DNA of 60,627 nt, counting the filler, from Sphacelaria rigidula (Eukaryota), in NCBI GenBank assembly GCA_964200075.2. It is 7 parts of 7 records of this genome, joined end to end, with 100 filler letters (N's around TTAATTAATTAA, not from the genome) between each part and the next. Parts side by side here need not be neighbours in the genome. Positions count along the whole stretch, not along the records: positions 1 to 8,576 come from CAXNAA020010728.1; positions 8,677 to 17,252 come from CAXNAA020010729.1; 5 more parts are not named here. One strand, given 5' to 3'. Below are positions 1-12,185 of this stretch, piece after piece; within the stretch, counting starts at the first letter, position 1; each line of letters starts with the position of its first letter. The translations under genes and the position numbers were made by a program. A model generated the notes under the pieces. It was not told the DNA's origin. It made no database searches and saw nothing but the letters and a program-made list of their open reading frames with translations.

Positions 1-13
1 ATACCTCCTGACT

Positions 14-150
14 AAGGGAGCGGGTGGGAGGGGGGTAGGGGGGGGATGGAATCGGGGGCATGTGTTTGCCATGGGTAGGGGTACTCATTTGTTGCTTGCC
101 TTAGTCGTTTGGCCATTGACCACGCATCGTTTTCGAGACGGTGCAGGGGG
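14..150 (-). mobile_element. 5'-truncated LINE 3' end with C-rich tail
   Basis: Minus strand encodes APSRKRCVVNGQTTKASNK* (stop 85-87), then GTAC and C-runs. The same motif occurs at 10955, 15498, 31239, 31959 and at the end of the RT-bearing LINE at ~60530. Confidence 0.8.
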
Positions 151-624
151 AAGGCATTCGGGCGATTCGATAGAAAATAACACCATAAAACGAGAACAAA
201 ACGAGAATGATGACAAAAAACAAGGACGGAAAAACGATAAAATAAAGTAGCGAGGGTATGTTGGGTAGGGTATTCCTTCCATTGGGGTATAATGGAAATT
301 CGTGCTTCACGTACGAGTACCCCAAACTCGGGTAAAGCATCGAGATGATACTCAATAATACCCAGATATTGGGTACAGTATCGCGATTGTACCACACTCT
401 ACCCTACACCTTGGTGGAGGCTGGAGATCGGATCATCCCAACACAAAACTCGGGAGAGTAAATACCCAGGTGTTTACCCTACGCCATTCACCCTTGAAAA
501 ACAGTAAATAGTAACAGTAGTACCAATTAAAAAAATAACGATGTCAACATTTAAATCTTGAAAACTATTGCAGTGAATATCCCAAATCTTCGCATGCTGC
601 AAGCGCATGAGAAAAATAACTCAC

Positions 625-773
625 CAAATGATCGCACAGCAACCAAACAAGCACAAGGAGGACCAGACCGGCCAACACGGCCAGGATAGTCGTCCATGTC
701 TTGAACGCAACAGTGCACTCGTGGCACGCATGTGCCATGGCGCTCGCGTATCCAGCGCTGCAAACCGCGCAAT
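625..773 (-). CDS. Internal exon of a Cys-rich membrane protein (brown-algal polymorphic outer membrane/adhesin-like family)
   Basis: cag|AT TGC...CAT TTG|gtgagt. Encodes (Y)CAVCSAGYASAMAHACHECTVAFKTWTTILAVLAGLVLLVLVWLLCDHL (CxxC plus TM helix). Phase-compatible with exon 3550-3744, giving GYEGPYCAVC. Confidence 0.85.
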
Positions 774-3238
774 CTGTTGTCAGGCGAAGCAAGAATGAAA
801 AAAAAAAAAAAAACGAGTAAGTACGTACACGTACACGTACACGTACACGTACACAGACAGACAGACGCGGAGAATGAACAAAAGCAGAAAAATATGAAAT
901 CAACCCGATTTTGAAATGAAGATACGCAATGGTGAGGGTTGTTAAGGCACACGGGTTGTCTGGTTCAGGGCTAGGGGTAGTGAAATGTACGCGAGTAGCG
1001 AATCACCGCTATTCATCGTGATTGTGATGAGATCGAGCAAGATCGAGCGAAGCGTCGCCCGCCTGAATCTGGAGGCTATCGTCATGGCATACCCCGAGGA
1101 ACAAGGAAACACGTTGCACAGGCTGTGTCAACTGAATCTCAATCTTGTGTGAACATGGGCAAACTGTCGATGTCCCGGGACAGAGATCACGTAACTGAAT
1201 TAGCGGGCGAAGCGCGCAACACAAGGCATATCTCATACGCAGATAGGGGTGACTCAAGGTGAACAAAAAAAAGCGCGACTGCAACCGACCGTTCAAAATC
1301 AAACCAGGGACCACAACATAAGACATGTCCTGGTTCACTGTAGTGCAGCACAAGCACATTATTACGCCCTCTCTCATGTGCTCTAGCTATCACGGTATTG
1401 TTTGGTGTCCGCTGGGATTGCCTGAGCTACAATGTTGTCGTCGTGTCCGGTTCTCTGTAGAAACTAGTGTTCAGTCGGCGCGCAGTGCTGTCTACACCCT
1501 GACTCTTGAACACTTCCTGGGGCGTTGACGCTTTCGTCTTCCGTGAAACAAGCAAGGCGCTGCCCACTGCCATGGCACTCTGTTTGGCTGGTGCTATGCG
1601 TTGGGGGCCCTGTACTGTCTGTAGTGTGTTGGAACATGTGAGTGGGTGTGATTGGCCGTGAGATTAGACCGCACGAACACAATGTTTCAGAATACTCCTC
1701 AAGTAGTTTCCATGTGGAATGGAGCAATCTGATTCGCACTTGCCAATTAAAACTGACCCACTGGCTTTTCAGTGTACCTTTCAGTGTACCTGAGCATCAA
1801 AGTCTTCGTACGCACACCACAATAATTAATGGCTCAAGAGACTTGCCAAAACAAGTATATGAACCGTCCCGAAGAGACGAGAACAAAAAACATACACCGT
1901 CGCCTGGAGCAGGACTTTACATCTTCGACAAAAATCTGGTCAAGACAGGCGGGGGCGGCCGCGTTCGAGCTCTCAAAGCAATATCTCGTCGACACAGACG
2001 ACTTGGGCCATGATCCGCATATCGTAATTATGGTCTGATCAAGAGGAAGGTGCCCATCTGCTCAAAAGCCTTGGCCATATATTTCTCATTGATTAAACCC
2101 CATGGCTAGTGATTCCTATATCGTACAGAGAGAGCGCCTACACTGAAGTCTGTATGAAACTCCAAACGATATATACAGCAGATAAAGACGATATTTGGTG
2201 TGGGCATTCCCTAGAGCATGGGCAAACGATCAATACCCTCAGCTTCACCGAATTCGTTTTTTATCTCGAGATATGGCGCACATAAGGTTCTACACTAAAA
2301 TCAATATATTACGAGAAGAGGCACTGAATTGAACTGAATCTGGATAACACGTCTCAGTTTTCGAGAGTTGCGCTTTGAAATTTCGTATGGAGATTCGCTA
2401 GTGCAAAATAAAAAATGTCGTTTTCGTTTTTCGTTTTTTTTTTCCGTTTCTTTTCGTTTTTTCAGGGTAGTTTTCAGGAAAAATGGACAATGCTGTCGGA
2501 CTTCATCGAAGTGTTTCAGCTCAATCGCAAGAATGAATATTTGAAACTCATCATGGAGAATCGCAAAGACATGCTGAAGAAATAAAGAAAATGAGCCTTT
2601 ATTTTTTTTCGGAAAGGTATGGGCGTTCTCTTGGAAATATGGTCTTCACTACACTACAACGTCCTATATAAGTGACCCGAACGACGGACGAAGAAAAGAA
2701 GAGAATCTGTCGGGATTCGAACTCACGACCTCCATTTGAGTCTCCTCATCACTTGAATTATGGGGGTGCAGCAGCGCCACGCAAAACGTTGCACGCACGG
2801 CCCAATTCGACGACTCTTGAGCTGAAAGTTCACCAAGACCTTCTGCATCCAAGTAAATTATACATCTCGGGGGCAGCTGCAGATTCTCGTTTTTTTTCTG
2901 GATTTCTGACATTATCTTGTTTTTGCGGAAATCTTAAATCCCCATAACTTCCTTTTTTTTCTTCTCTCCTTTACTGCTCTCGTCATTTTCTGCATGTCGA
3001 TCGTAGTAAGCTGCTGTCAAAATTTCAGCGTCCAACTCCTCATTTTACGCTGTGCGTCGCCTTAGCGAGAAAACTAACCACTGTTGGCTGGCCCACCTCG
3101 TGTTCATTCTCCGTAACAAATTTGTAAAAGCCCAAATCTCAAAATTGAGGTGGAGCGGGGTCTGCAAACCACAGATTCGCGTCTTGGCCGGCCCAGCTCG
3201 TATAATAGTTGCATTAAACGAAAATGTATAGCGTGAAG

Positions 3239-3431
3239 TATTGCAATTATCGTCACGACAATATGTGATCAGCAGTTGCAATAGAAAAAAAGTTTTACTG
3301 TGTAAAGTATAGGCCTACTGCACTCATACTATAAGGTGACAATAGTTGCAATGGACCTATACTTTATACAGTAAACCTTTTTTTCCTATTGCGACCATGA
3401 CCACATATTGTCCACGATGCTTTACAGAGTA
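3239..3431. mobile_element. Palindromic TA-flanked MITE (Stowaway/Tc1-mariner-like)
   Basis: Inverted arms 3275-3322 and 3346-3394 extend imperfectly outward. The element begins TATTGCA and ends GAGTA. Related copy at 11311-11490. Confidence 0.6.
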
Positions 3432-3549
3432 CAACCTTCTTTCCTTCTCTATTGCGTCTCTTGACCACCTATCGTTCAGAACGTGCAGGATTTATAATGC
3501 ACTTCTTCACCATCACATCATCCAAGCGATTGCGCACCACGGTACTCAC

Positions 3550-3744
3550 AAGGTCCTTCATAGCCGCTGTTGCAGTAGCCGTCAGAAGAGGCCACTTCCC
3601 CCCCCCCAATACAAGCATCGTCGTGCAGGCACTCTCGAATATTGGTCGTATTCATGTCTGCCCTCCAGTACCCCTCCACCAGCGGCAGCGTCGAAAGCAT
3701 GACGCCTCGCTCTGAGCACTCTAGCCCCTCCACGGCTGCGATGT
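3550..3744 (-). CDS. Internal exon of the same Cys-rich POMP/adhesin-like protein
   Basis: cag|AC ATC...GGA CCT T|gtgagt. Encodes IAAVEGLECSERGVMLSTLPLVEGYWRADMNTTNIRECLHDDACIGG...YCNSGYEGP, with the GYWR...C...AC.GG...C..GY.GP motif of this family. Confidence 0.85.
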
Positions 3745-4568
3745 CTGCGCATGACTGACATGTCTCCCCGTCATAGTAATTACCCTGTTTTTCGGGTGTC
3801 GCCCATTGCGAATTGCCGCGGTTTTCGGAGGGGGGGAGGGGGGATGTTCTCGCGTTACTTCGCGGAAATGACCTCGTACTCGCGGCAAGTATCGTTTTTT
3901 CTCCCGGAAGGCACGAAAAGTGAGGGATATTCCATACAAGAGCCTACGATACCCGCCTCCCCCCCCCCCCCTAAAAAAAACAGCTCAAAACTGTTACGAA
4001 GAAAGTGGTCATGCAGCGCCTGATGTTTGGTTTCAGGCTGCATGAAGCGCCTCATATGGGCGGCGTTGACAAAAACGAACCCAAGCGTGGAAATTCCTAG
4101 CTGCTCGTTGTGCTCGGCTTCTTTCATTTCGATTTTCGTGTAGATTCTGCCTCCCCAAACCAGCCACTTTTGGGGGAGGGGGTTATCACAGAACGAGTCA
4201 CGATGATACCCCAAACGACGAATTAATGGATAATATACATTCGTAATAAATTTCGGTGTATCCGTGTCTGATATACTCGACCGTTCTACAGCCTCCCAAT
4301 GAGAAATATGTATATACTTTCATCTATATAACACGATTTTGTGGAAAAATTCAACAGTTACTCATATACGAACGCCATCTAGTTTATGGTCATGCGGACT
4401 GACAAACACGCTGGTACTTTTCATTTCCGTATTCGTCATATTCCACAGAATATATTGAGAACATTTCCTGATGTGCGCATGAGCGGAATCTCCCGCGACG
4501 TATGAGAATGTTCGGCTCGTTTCAACCAATCGGTCGGAATCGGATCTTCATTTTTTCGCCAAAAATGC

Positions 4569-5487
4569 TAGGGTTGGGGACTGGACCAGTATCTATCGAC
4601 AGTATTCCTGTAATGCGTCAGAGGCTGCCAGTACAGCCAGTACATAACCATATTACGTACGTCCTATATTATGCCTCCTGAACCACATGGACACCCACCG
4701 AAACTGCGCCGCATGAGAGGCAGGAGAGGAGAGGGGTTGAGAACAGGGCACACACACTAGAGAGAGACCACAAAACCGATGGACCAATATGTCACTAGCA
4801 GCAGCAGCCCGCCCGCTTCAGACCCGAGCCCGGGGCCTCAGATCCCTGAACCCGCCGCGGCCTCCAGCGAATCTGGTGACGCAGAAGTAGTGGCGGTCGT
4901 GCCTCGCGGTGTTCACAAGGACAAACTGCGCGAGAAGTGCCTGGTTCGGGTTAATACGCAGCCTCGAAAGTCAAAGCCGGCTGCTGCGACTGCACCTAAC
5001 TGGGCGTACTTCGAAAGTTACGATATGGGGTGTTTGCGGGAGTACGCCGTGTGCACCCTGTGCATCGAGCAGGAACATGAGCGAGCGGAGATCAAATACT
5101 CGCAGTCTCCAAGTAACCTTCTGAGGCACCTCAACACCGAATTCCCCGGTCACCGAGATGCGTACAACGCCTGCACGGCGATTACGAATGAATGCTTGCA
5201 TTGGTTCAACACGATTGTTGAAATGTTTCTTTGGGTATACTGACAAGCGTTTGAAGAAGAAACGTTTTCACACCCGTGCAGGCATCATCGAATTGGCCCA
5301 AAATCACCCAAAAAATACCTTCTGGTGAAGACAAGTCGCGTGAAAATACGCGGGGCCCCCTCACCAGCCGGGGGGGTGGGGTCGCGGCTTCGCCGCGACA
5401 CCAGTGTACTGATGGGACCCATTAACCTGGCTGCTTCACGCAACCAGTTTACCTGGTACTGGCGCGTAGCGCCAGTCCCCAACCCTA
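4569..5487 (+). mobile_element. Non-autonomous hAT-type DNA transposon (internal deletion derivative)
   Basis: Perfect 16-bp TIRs TAGGGTTGGGGACTGG (4569-4584) and CCAGTCCCCAACCCTA (5472-5487), subterminal CCAGTA motifs, and an internal BED-finger ORF. No 8-bp TSD visible. Confidence 0.8.
4779..5243 (+). pseudogene. Truncated transposase N-terminus with BED zinc finger
   Basis: NWAYF...YAVCTLC...SPSNLLRHLNTEFPGH matches the BED pattern (WxxF, CxxC, SNLxxHL...H). No DDE or dimerisation domain before the right TIR. Confidence 0.75.
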
Positions 5488-7685
5488 TGAATTTGGGGTT
5501 ACAGGCACCCCAATGGCCACCCGTGCAAAACGTACGACGAAAACCCTAGCCGTGAGAATCACCACGGGAGAACAGCATGAAGTCAACTAGAAGCCACCTT
5601 AGAAGTCAACGCCACAGATTCACCGGTTGCACCATGCACTATTGATGCATCATCATTACATCGTGGGCACAAAGGGTGGCGTCTCCTACATGGTGACCAA
5701 GAATACACGTCACCCTCATAATAGCAAATAGTTTAAATTAAAGGTTACCACCCTGCAACACGGAAGTCCTTTCGTAAGATGGAGTGGTATTATGGGGAGT
5801 ACGTTCCTCACGTCCCCGGGGTTCCGCATGTGCGGTCCCCTGGACAACCTCCATGAGAATCATTCCCTGCCATCAACAGCTTGCTAGGTATTTGGTCCCC
5901 ACGTGGGACTCTCGCGGGAACTGCCACCCTGTATGTGCTCCACTACATCTCCGGAGCTAGACTTTACAAGCAGAGCACGAGCACTACCCTCACGGAAGCC
6001 AGTCTTATGCCGTGGCAGCAGAGTGTCGCTTTTTCCAGGCACAAAAAAAAATGGTGCTCGTACGATACGTTTTCCCAGACACAGGATACTGATGTTTTAA
6101 GAGGTTGACGTCCCGCGTCTCTCGCACTCCTTCCACAGAAATGCCTCGCTACTGGAATCTCATTCACACTCGATGTACCCCCTATGGTCGTCACATACGC
6201 GCGCGCGTGCCGTGCTGAGGGCACTAAAGCGGAGGATGGAGACAAGAGGAGAAATCCGGGCAAAACAAGGATCCTGTATGTATATGCCATCATCACCAAA
6301 GCGTCCTTCGGGTACTGCGTTATTCGTCCTGCGGAAACACGTACCTCTCGAACCAAATTGATCCGTTTAATTGATTGCTTCGGTCACTTGTCCCGTCTTC
6401 ACTCATCCGCCACAAATCCAACGGTGGCCACAAGAGAGACCAAGATACCCAAGGGGGACGAACGGAACACCCGCCGACCCAAGCGCTCAGTGTCACCTTT
6501 GGATAGAAACTTGTTTCCTTGTGCCTGTATATACGCTACCACTCATGAACATGAAAAAAATACACTTGCCCAGTGTCTGGCATCCCCCGCCCCCTCCCCT
6601 CTCCGCCTGGCATCTCACACAGCCTCAAACGTCTCCTATATGCACCAATGAGCACGCATCGAGGACAAAAAATCAAAAACATCAGCTAAATCTCGTAGGC
6701 GAAACATCACTGCAAATACCCAAAAAGGCGGTACGGCTCCGACCGTAGTCAGGCCACGCCCTGTCTTCTTCCAGCCTCATTACCACCGTTGCCCCATCCC
6801 CTGCAATAGCCATCGTGTCTTGAGCTACAGGCTATTTCATGTAAGACGTGAGGGTGACCACCTTCAAACGCCTCCTCTCCTCACTTCGTCACCGAACCGT
6901 GCCCCTACCCACCCCCGGTGGGCAACATGCGTATACCACAGGATGCAGGCTAACTCAGGCAAAAACATGAGTGCTGAAACCTTTCCCCTCCCCCTCCCCT
7001 TCCCCACCACGCACCTGTGGCCAATAGTGAAATGACTACGGCAAGTAACAAATGAATACGCCCTCCCCTCCGCCCCACCCACCACGCTGACGGCACAGTC
7101 ATGCATTCCCGACCACTGACTCAATACCTGCAATAAACAAAGCAAGGAGAGTACTCGTTTCGAGCGAGCTACGGGAATACGCATGTAAAATATTGGTATG
7201 ACCGCCTTGTTCCATTCTTCACACCCCTCCCCGATGACGCCTCACCCTCCACGGGCAATCTCTTGGGGCAGCCATCGCAGCAGTAGCAGCAGCACTTGTA
7301 CCTCCAAGGCATCACTCAAAAAAGAAATCGTTGGAGTGCGAAAACCGCAGTCCACAAAAATACCGGAACTTCACTATCCAGAAACTCGAACCCGCGTCAT
7401 GAAGAGAACGCGGCGAAAGAGCTCCACGACGCAAATGAAATAAGAAATCAACAACAAATAAACACGAAACAAAGGAGGACGAAACAAAATTGGACGCTTC
7501 CAAAAAAACGCGTGTAAAAAAACAAGAACAAAAAACAGCACAAGCTACAGCGCGCGCTCCAAACGAGCCAAATCCACATTGACGGCGACACACGACACAA
7601 TAATAAAACTCCGCCTCGTACACCAACAACTAGACGAAGCAACAAGATGACGAACGAACAAACGGAAAAACGAGAAACAAACGAA

Positions 7686-7985
7686 TCAACCCATAGCGCT
7701 GAGTCCACTAGAATCCAGCTCGTCGACAACATCGTACATCTGCCCTTCCCTAGGAAGGGGCAGCACAGCGCCCGTTTCACCGTCCTTCCGCTTGCCCCAC
7801 CCCGCTCCATCGTCACCATCGCCGCGTTTGCCCCACTCCCTGACGGTGGCCGTCGTGCCGTCGCCCCACTGAGCTGTCGACGAGGCAAACACCCTTTCCC
7901 GGTCCAGAATACCATCGAGTTCCGCTTCGGTGATGGCTAGATCTATGCCGTCTCCTGCTTCTTGCCCGTTCGTATCTCCTACTTT
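7686..7985 (-). CDS. DDM1: Last exon of a DDM1/HELLS(LSH)-like SNF2 chromatin remodeler
   Basis: cag|AAA...TGA. ITEAELDGILDRERVF and LPLPREGQMYDVVD...GLSAMG* resemble the DDM1 C-terminus (IS..DLDRLLDRS; P..G.G.EVV...MLS). Confidence 0.7.
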   Translation of the reverse strand, partial: KVGDTNGQEAGDGIDLAITEAELDGILDRERVFASSTAQWGDGTTATVREWGKRGDGDDGAGWGKRKDGETGAVLPLPREGQMYDVVDELDSSGLSAMG

Positions 7986-8157
7986 CTGAAAAACCACAAA
8001 ACACACATAAAATCAAGGACCATGAGAGGGCGGGAAGACGGCCGGCGTTGGTTGAACGACTCAGTGAGGGCTTCTAGCACTAGGAAAAGCAATAGGGGAG
8101 CGGGGGGGAAGAAAGTACACACATACAAAAATGAGGGGGAAGGCAGGCAACCCGTAC

Positions 8158-8298
8158 CGCACGCTTGGAGAGATCTTCAACGTCATCCTCCAGGAGCTTT
8201 CGGAGATGACCGACGGTCATTTCGCCGTTTACGCGTCGTCCTGCTTTGGCGAAGTCTCCTCCTTGCACCGTCACGCGCTCCAATTTCTTCTTGGAAAT
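8158..8298 (-). CDS. DDM1: Penultimate exon of the DDM1/HELLS-like remodeler
   Basis: tag|ATT...GCG|gtacgg, 141 nt, phase 0. ISKKKLERVTVQGGDF...LRKLLEDD resembles the post-helicase SK.KLE..VI..G.F motif. Confidence 0.7.
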
Positions 8299-8576
8299 CT
8301 AAAAATTGAAAAGGGAAGGAATGAGGTCGAACGGAGTGGATAAAAAAAGACACAAAGCCAAGCGAAACAAATATATCAAAATGGAGCAAGAGAAGACAGA
8401 TGGAAACAAAATATGCTAAAATATGCTAAAATACAATAGTATGATACATCATGAGAGGGAACATAGGACATGAAAAAAAAAGGAGGGGGGGGGGGGGGAA
8501 ACAAAACAGTGCGCCAACAAAAAAAAAAAAAGGAAAAAAAAAAAAAAAACATAAGAGAAAAAAAAAAAAAACACGC

Positions 8577-8676
8577 NNNNNNNNNNNNNNNNNNNNNNNN
8601 NNNNNNNNNNNNNNNNNNNNTTAATTAATTAANNNNNNNNNNNNNNNNNNNNNNNNNNNNNNNNNNNNNNNNNNNN
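8577..8676. other. Artificial scaffold linker
   Basis: 44N + TTAATTAATTAA (stops in all six frames) + 44N. Confidence 0.98.
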
Positions 8677-10954
8677 CAAGTAGGCCGAAGAAATCGTGAA
8701 TTTGGTGATTTTGAGTCGTGATGATTTGTCCTAACCGTGAGAATGTGTGCCTCCTGGTTTTCATCCTGACCCGTCAGTTTCGCTCTTGGCGTGGTGATTC
8801 ATGAATTCCAGCGGCCAGGTTTTGCAAGTACGATTCGGCAAAAATAAGAAAAAAACAAAACGGAGAAATCCTAGGCATAACGCCGGCTGCGCTTTTGTAA
8901 CACAGACCCGAGTTCTGAAGTTTGTGTTCATGTTCGCCCACTGGAGACTGGAGAGCATTTTGTTCACTGTCTGGTGCAAGTTTATGTCTACGGGCTACAG
9001 TACGGTATACGACCTGTTTGAATTTTTTGTTTGTTTGTAAATGTCTGTTTTTTGTTGCTGCTGGGTATACTCGCCGATGTCGCTCCCCTCCCTAGTTTTT
9101 CATGGGTTCGTGGAATGGCGGCACTGCTTTTGTAGTAGAATCGAAGTTTGCCAACGTGCGATGGGCGCGTAATTGTGGGATGCAAACGCATGTAGTTCAA
9201 TGTACACCGGGGATCCTACCAAAGTGCGGTCACAAGCTTTGATCACTAGTCCGATTCTCGGTATGCATCCAAAGTAATTTCTCTGTGTCATCAGCAGGCA
9301 CGAAGTTTCACATATCGCACAACTCATGGTTTAACTGAGTTCTGTGATCTGACCCATCCAGTGGTAGTATGTATCGCTGGGTGATACGATATAACTCAGC
9401 TAGTGGAAAATCGTACCGCTGAGCTATACAATATTGCTTTGCATGTGGAAATAGATACCGGTGAGTCATACAGTATATCTCAACAGCTGGGTTGTACAAG
9501 AATGAGTTATTCGAGATTGAGTTGTCCGACGTGTGCAAAGTTTCCCTCCAATGATCATCTGATTTCCATCGTTGAAAATCGCGAGTACGTGGCGAAGGAG
9601 ATGTTACGAAAGTCGGAGCAGTGCACGGGAATGCTGATTCAAATCCTTCGATACCAGAATGCCGAGCATACACTGGGGGATACCGTAGACAGTGCTTATC
9701 TCGAGGGAAAATGTATGTATGGTGCGCGGTGTCTCAGTATGGTGCGTCCATGCCGGGCTGGCGACCCAACACGCTGTGCTGGGACCCCCGATGCTTGTGT
9801 GTATGGTGCGATAAACGTGTCGGCTTCGTTGTGACGACCTACGTGGAGGTCGACATGTGGGTCGGAACAGCAGCAAGTCATGTCCCGGTACGGTTGCTTC
9901 CAACATCAACGTGTTTGTTTTTTTCTGGCCAGTTTTTTCGACCTGTTCTGAAGAATCAAGATCCTAGGGGAAGAAACCCCGGTCCGATGCGCAACTCGAA
10001 ATTTGCGTCACAGACCCCATTTTGTGATCCTTCATGAATGGCGGTAAAACGTCGATTGTACTTGGGGCAGAGCTTCCGCTGCGATCGTTCACAGACTTGC
10101 TCCATCACAGGAGTACAACGGAGTAATGGCTGGCGACCCTGTTGCCGCACAGCAGTCTATACGAGTATGTGTATGCCAGTGCATAACCATGTCTGATGAC
10201 TTTTGCGTACCGTTGCTCCCATGGCGAAAATGATTTTTTTTTTTGGGGGGGGGGGGGTATGTATCGACATGATCCACAGGAGGTGCGATCGATACCTGTA
10301 TGATGAGAGCAATTTTCGGCGTGGCATGTCACGACGGCCTCTTTGATCTTGTCCCACGGGAGAATCCCCTCCACGTTTCACGCGTGTAATCAAGGGAAAG
10401 TGGCTGCCAACTATGGACACATCTAGTGGATTGATTCCCTGTCTAACTTTCTTCTGGCTCTGCTGCTTTCGAAAAGCGACGGGGATGAACAGAGAAGTGG
10501 AGAGCTAGTTGGAAATTAAATCCTGCTTTTCAAACAACAAGACGTAGATACGTGGCGTTGTCGTGGTCGCGCGGAACGAACGGGTAAACGTGTATCGAGA
10601 CGTCGTGAACACGGACAGGATTGTTTGCCCCGCGTCTTGTGTAGACACGCAATCTGGCGCGCGCACCGCCGCACTCCGCTCGATGCTTCACATATTTCGA
10701 TATCGCGACGCGTACTGAACCCAGTGCGATGCATGAACGCGGGCGTTCGTGGTCACTAACGGGGTACGGTAGACGTCGGAGGAGAGTCCCCTGACGGCGT
10801 TTGCTGGGCCGAGCCGTGGGGCACGGTGGGCGCAATTAATCCCTCACTTGAAACTGTATCATCTCTGTATGGCGGTGCTGTTGTGTACATGTTACTGTAG
10901 CATAAGGGTCGCTTCTGTGCGCACGAAGTATCCTGGATACGTGAAACCTGTCGA

Positions 10955-11046
10955 GGGGGCGGGGGGAAGGGGGAGGGGCGTACTCATTTGTTGTTCGCCT
11001 TGGTCGTTTGACCATTGATCACGCGTCCCTTTCGAGACGGAGCACT
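10955..11046 (-). mobile_element. LINE 3' end fragment with C-rich tail
   Basis: G-run followed by cgtactcatttgttg...ccctttcgagacggagcac, matching the other copies. Confidence 0.8.
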
Positions 11047-11310
11047 GGCGACGGGGGGGGGAGGATCATGAAAGCACGTGTTCAGGTGTAGCCCCATCAT
11101 GATTAGACCCGATCGATGCCTGTGTGGGTGCAGGCGTCGTTATAAAGGTCAGGCGCGGGGAGGAAAAGGCTCATCAGACCGCGTGGGAATAATCGCGCGG
11201 GCTTGCTGCGCGTGACACCACTTTGAGTTTCATGTCAACGCCGCGGGCATCTGGCATCTACCATTAGATACCGAGTGAAGCGTCTGGGACAGCGCGGACA
11301 CAACTCGGAA

Positions 11311-11490
11311 TATTGCACACCCTAGACAATACATGGTCGATAGATGCAATATATCAAACTTATACTGTGTTGAGTATAGGCCTATTGCAAATATTGTCCA
11401 TCAACAACAGTTGCAATATACCCATACTTGATCCGCAACATTTTTGGTCCATTGAACATGTTGACCATATTTTGTGGAGGGTGTGGAGTA
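11311..11490. mobile_element. Palindromic TA-flanked MITE, same family as 3239-3431
   Basis: Imperfect terminal inverted arms. Shared core agtataggccta(t/c)tgca...agttgcaat..acc.atactt. TATTGCA...GAGTA ends. Confidence 0.6.
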
Positions 11491-11675
11491 TGTCCCACAA
11501 CCAACAGCTGCTCCAATCAGAGCCCCACATATTGTTTTTTCTTTTTCCTTGCACCCCTTATTGGATGCCCTCCCTCCCTTCTTCCTGCACCGTTCTCTGT
11601 CGCTCGTGGCTTTCGCTTCGCCTCCGTTGAAAATCGAAAAATAATGTGGTGACAACTACGACACAATCTCTGCAG

Positions 11676-12185
11676 GTGATCCGATGTCTGCTTATCGTAC
11701 CGTTCCCCGAGTCAAGTCTCAACGATGAGGCCGGTCGCCTCTTCATGGAATCGTACAGCGAGTACGAGCGCCGGGTGAAAGTCTGGGTCAGCGTACACGC
11801 CTCCAAATCTCTCACGGTAGACTCCACGGACTCGAGCGAGTGCAACAGCAACAGCAACACCGTCAGCAAAACAAGCAGTTCCGCTAACCTGAAGCGAGGG
11901 GGAAAAGACGGCGGGGGTGTCAAGGATGGTGCGAGCCCATCGTCGTCGTCGACAAGCGCGAAATCGTCTGGCGATGCCAAGTCTGGACTGGAAGGTGCCA
12001 CGGGATCAGGGAACGTGCAGGCGGAAGCGGGGAAGGAAAAGGGTGGTGGTGCATTAAGTAAAAACGGTGGTGTGGATGGCACTGCTGCTGCTGCTTCCAA
12101 GCGTCGGCAAGACCCGGCGGCGGCGCGGAAAACGGCCAAGGATCGCCAGAAGGAGGCGAAGAAACGCGGACTCAAGCGCTTGTAG
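11676..12185 (+). CDS. UBE2S: Last exon of ubiquitin-conjugating enzyme E2 S
   Basis: ctgcag|GTG. VIRCLLIVPFPESSLNDEAGRLFMESYSEY...HA is the UBC C-terminal half, and the tail KKRGLKRL* is diagnostic. Confidence 0.93.
   Translation: MIRCLLIVPFPESSLNDEAGRLFMESYSEYERRVKVWVSVHASKSLTVDSTDSSECNSNSNTVSKTSSSANLKRGGKDGGGVKDGASPSSSSTSAKSSGDAKSGLEGATGSGNVQAEAGKEKGGGALSKNGGVDGTAAAASKRRQDPAAARKTAKDRQKEAKKRGLKRL

Noticed and set aside
960-3230. Coding-like but interrupted sequence in the POMP-like intron
   Set aside because: Likely a decayed transposon, but I recognised no domain or termini.
5964-6356. Signal-peptide-like stretch MAYTYRILVLPGFLLLSPSSA as the first exon of the POMP-like gene
   Set aside because: I could not identify a clear phase-compatible donor or any family motif.
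8621-8632. TTAATTAATTAA recurring every ~8.68 kb, like a regularly spaced motif or array
   Set aside because: It is embedded in N runs and is a synthetic linker.
9300-10450. Possible degenerate integrase zinc-binding motif (CHAENCSHHTGIDRT, minus strand) and ORF 9403-9834
   Set aside because: Too short and disrupted to assign; probably TE debris.
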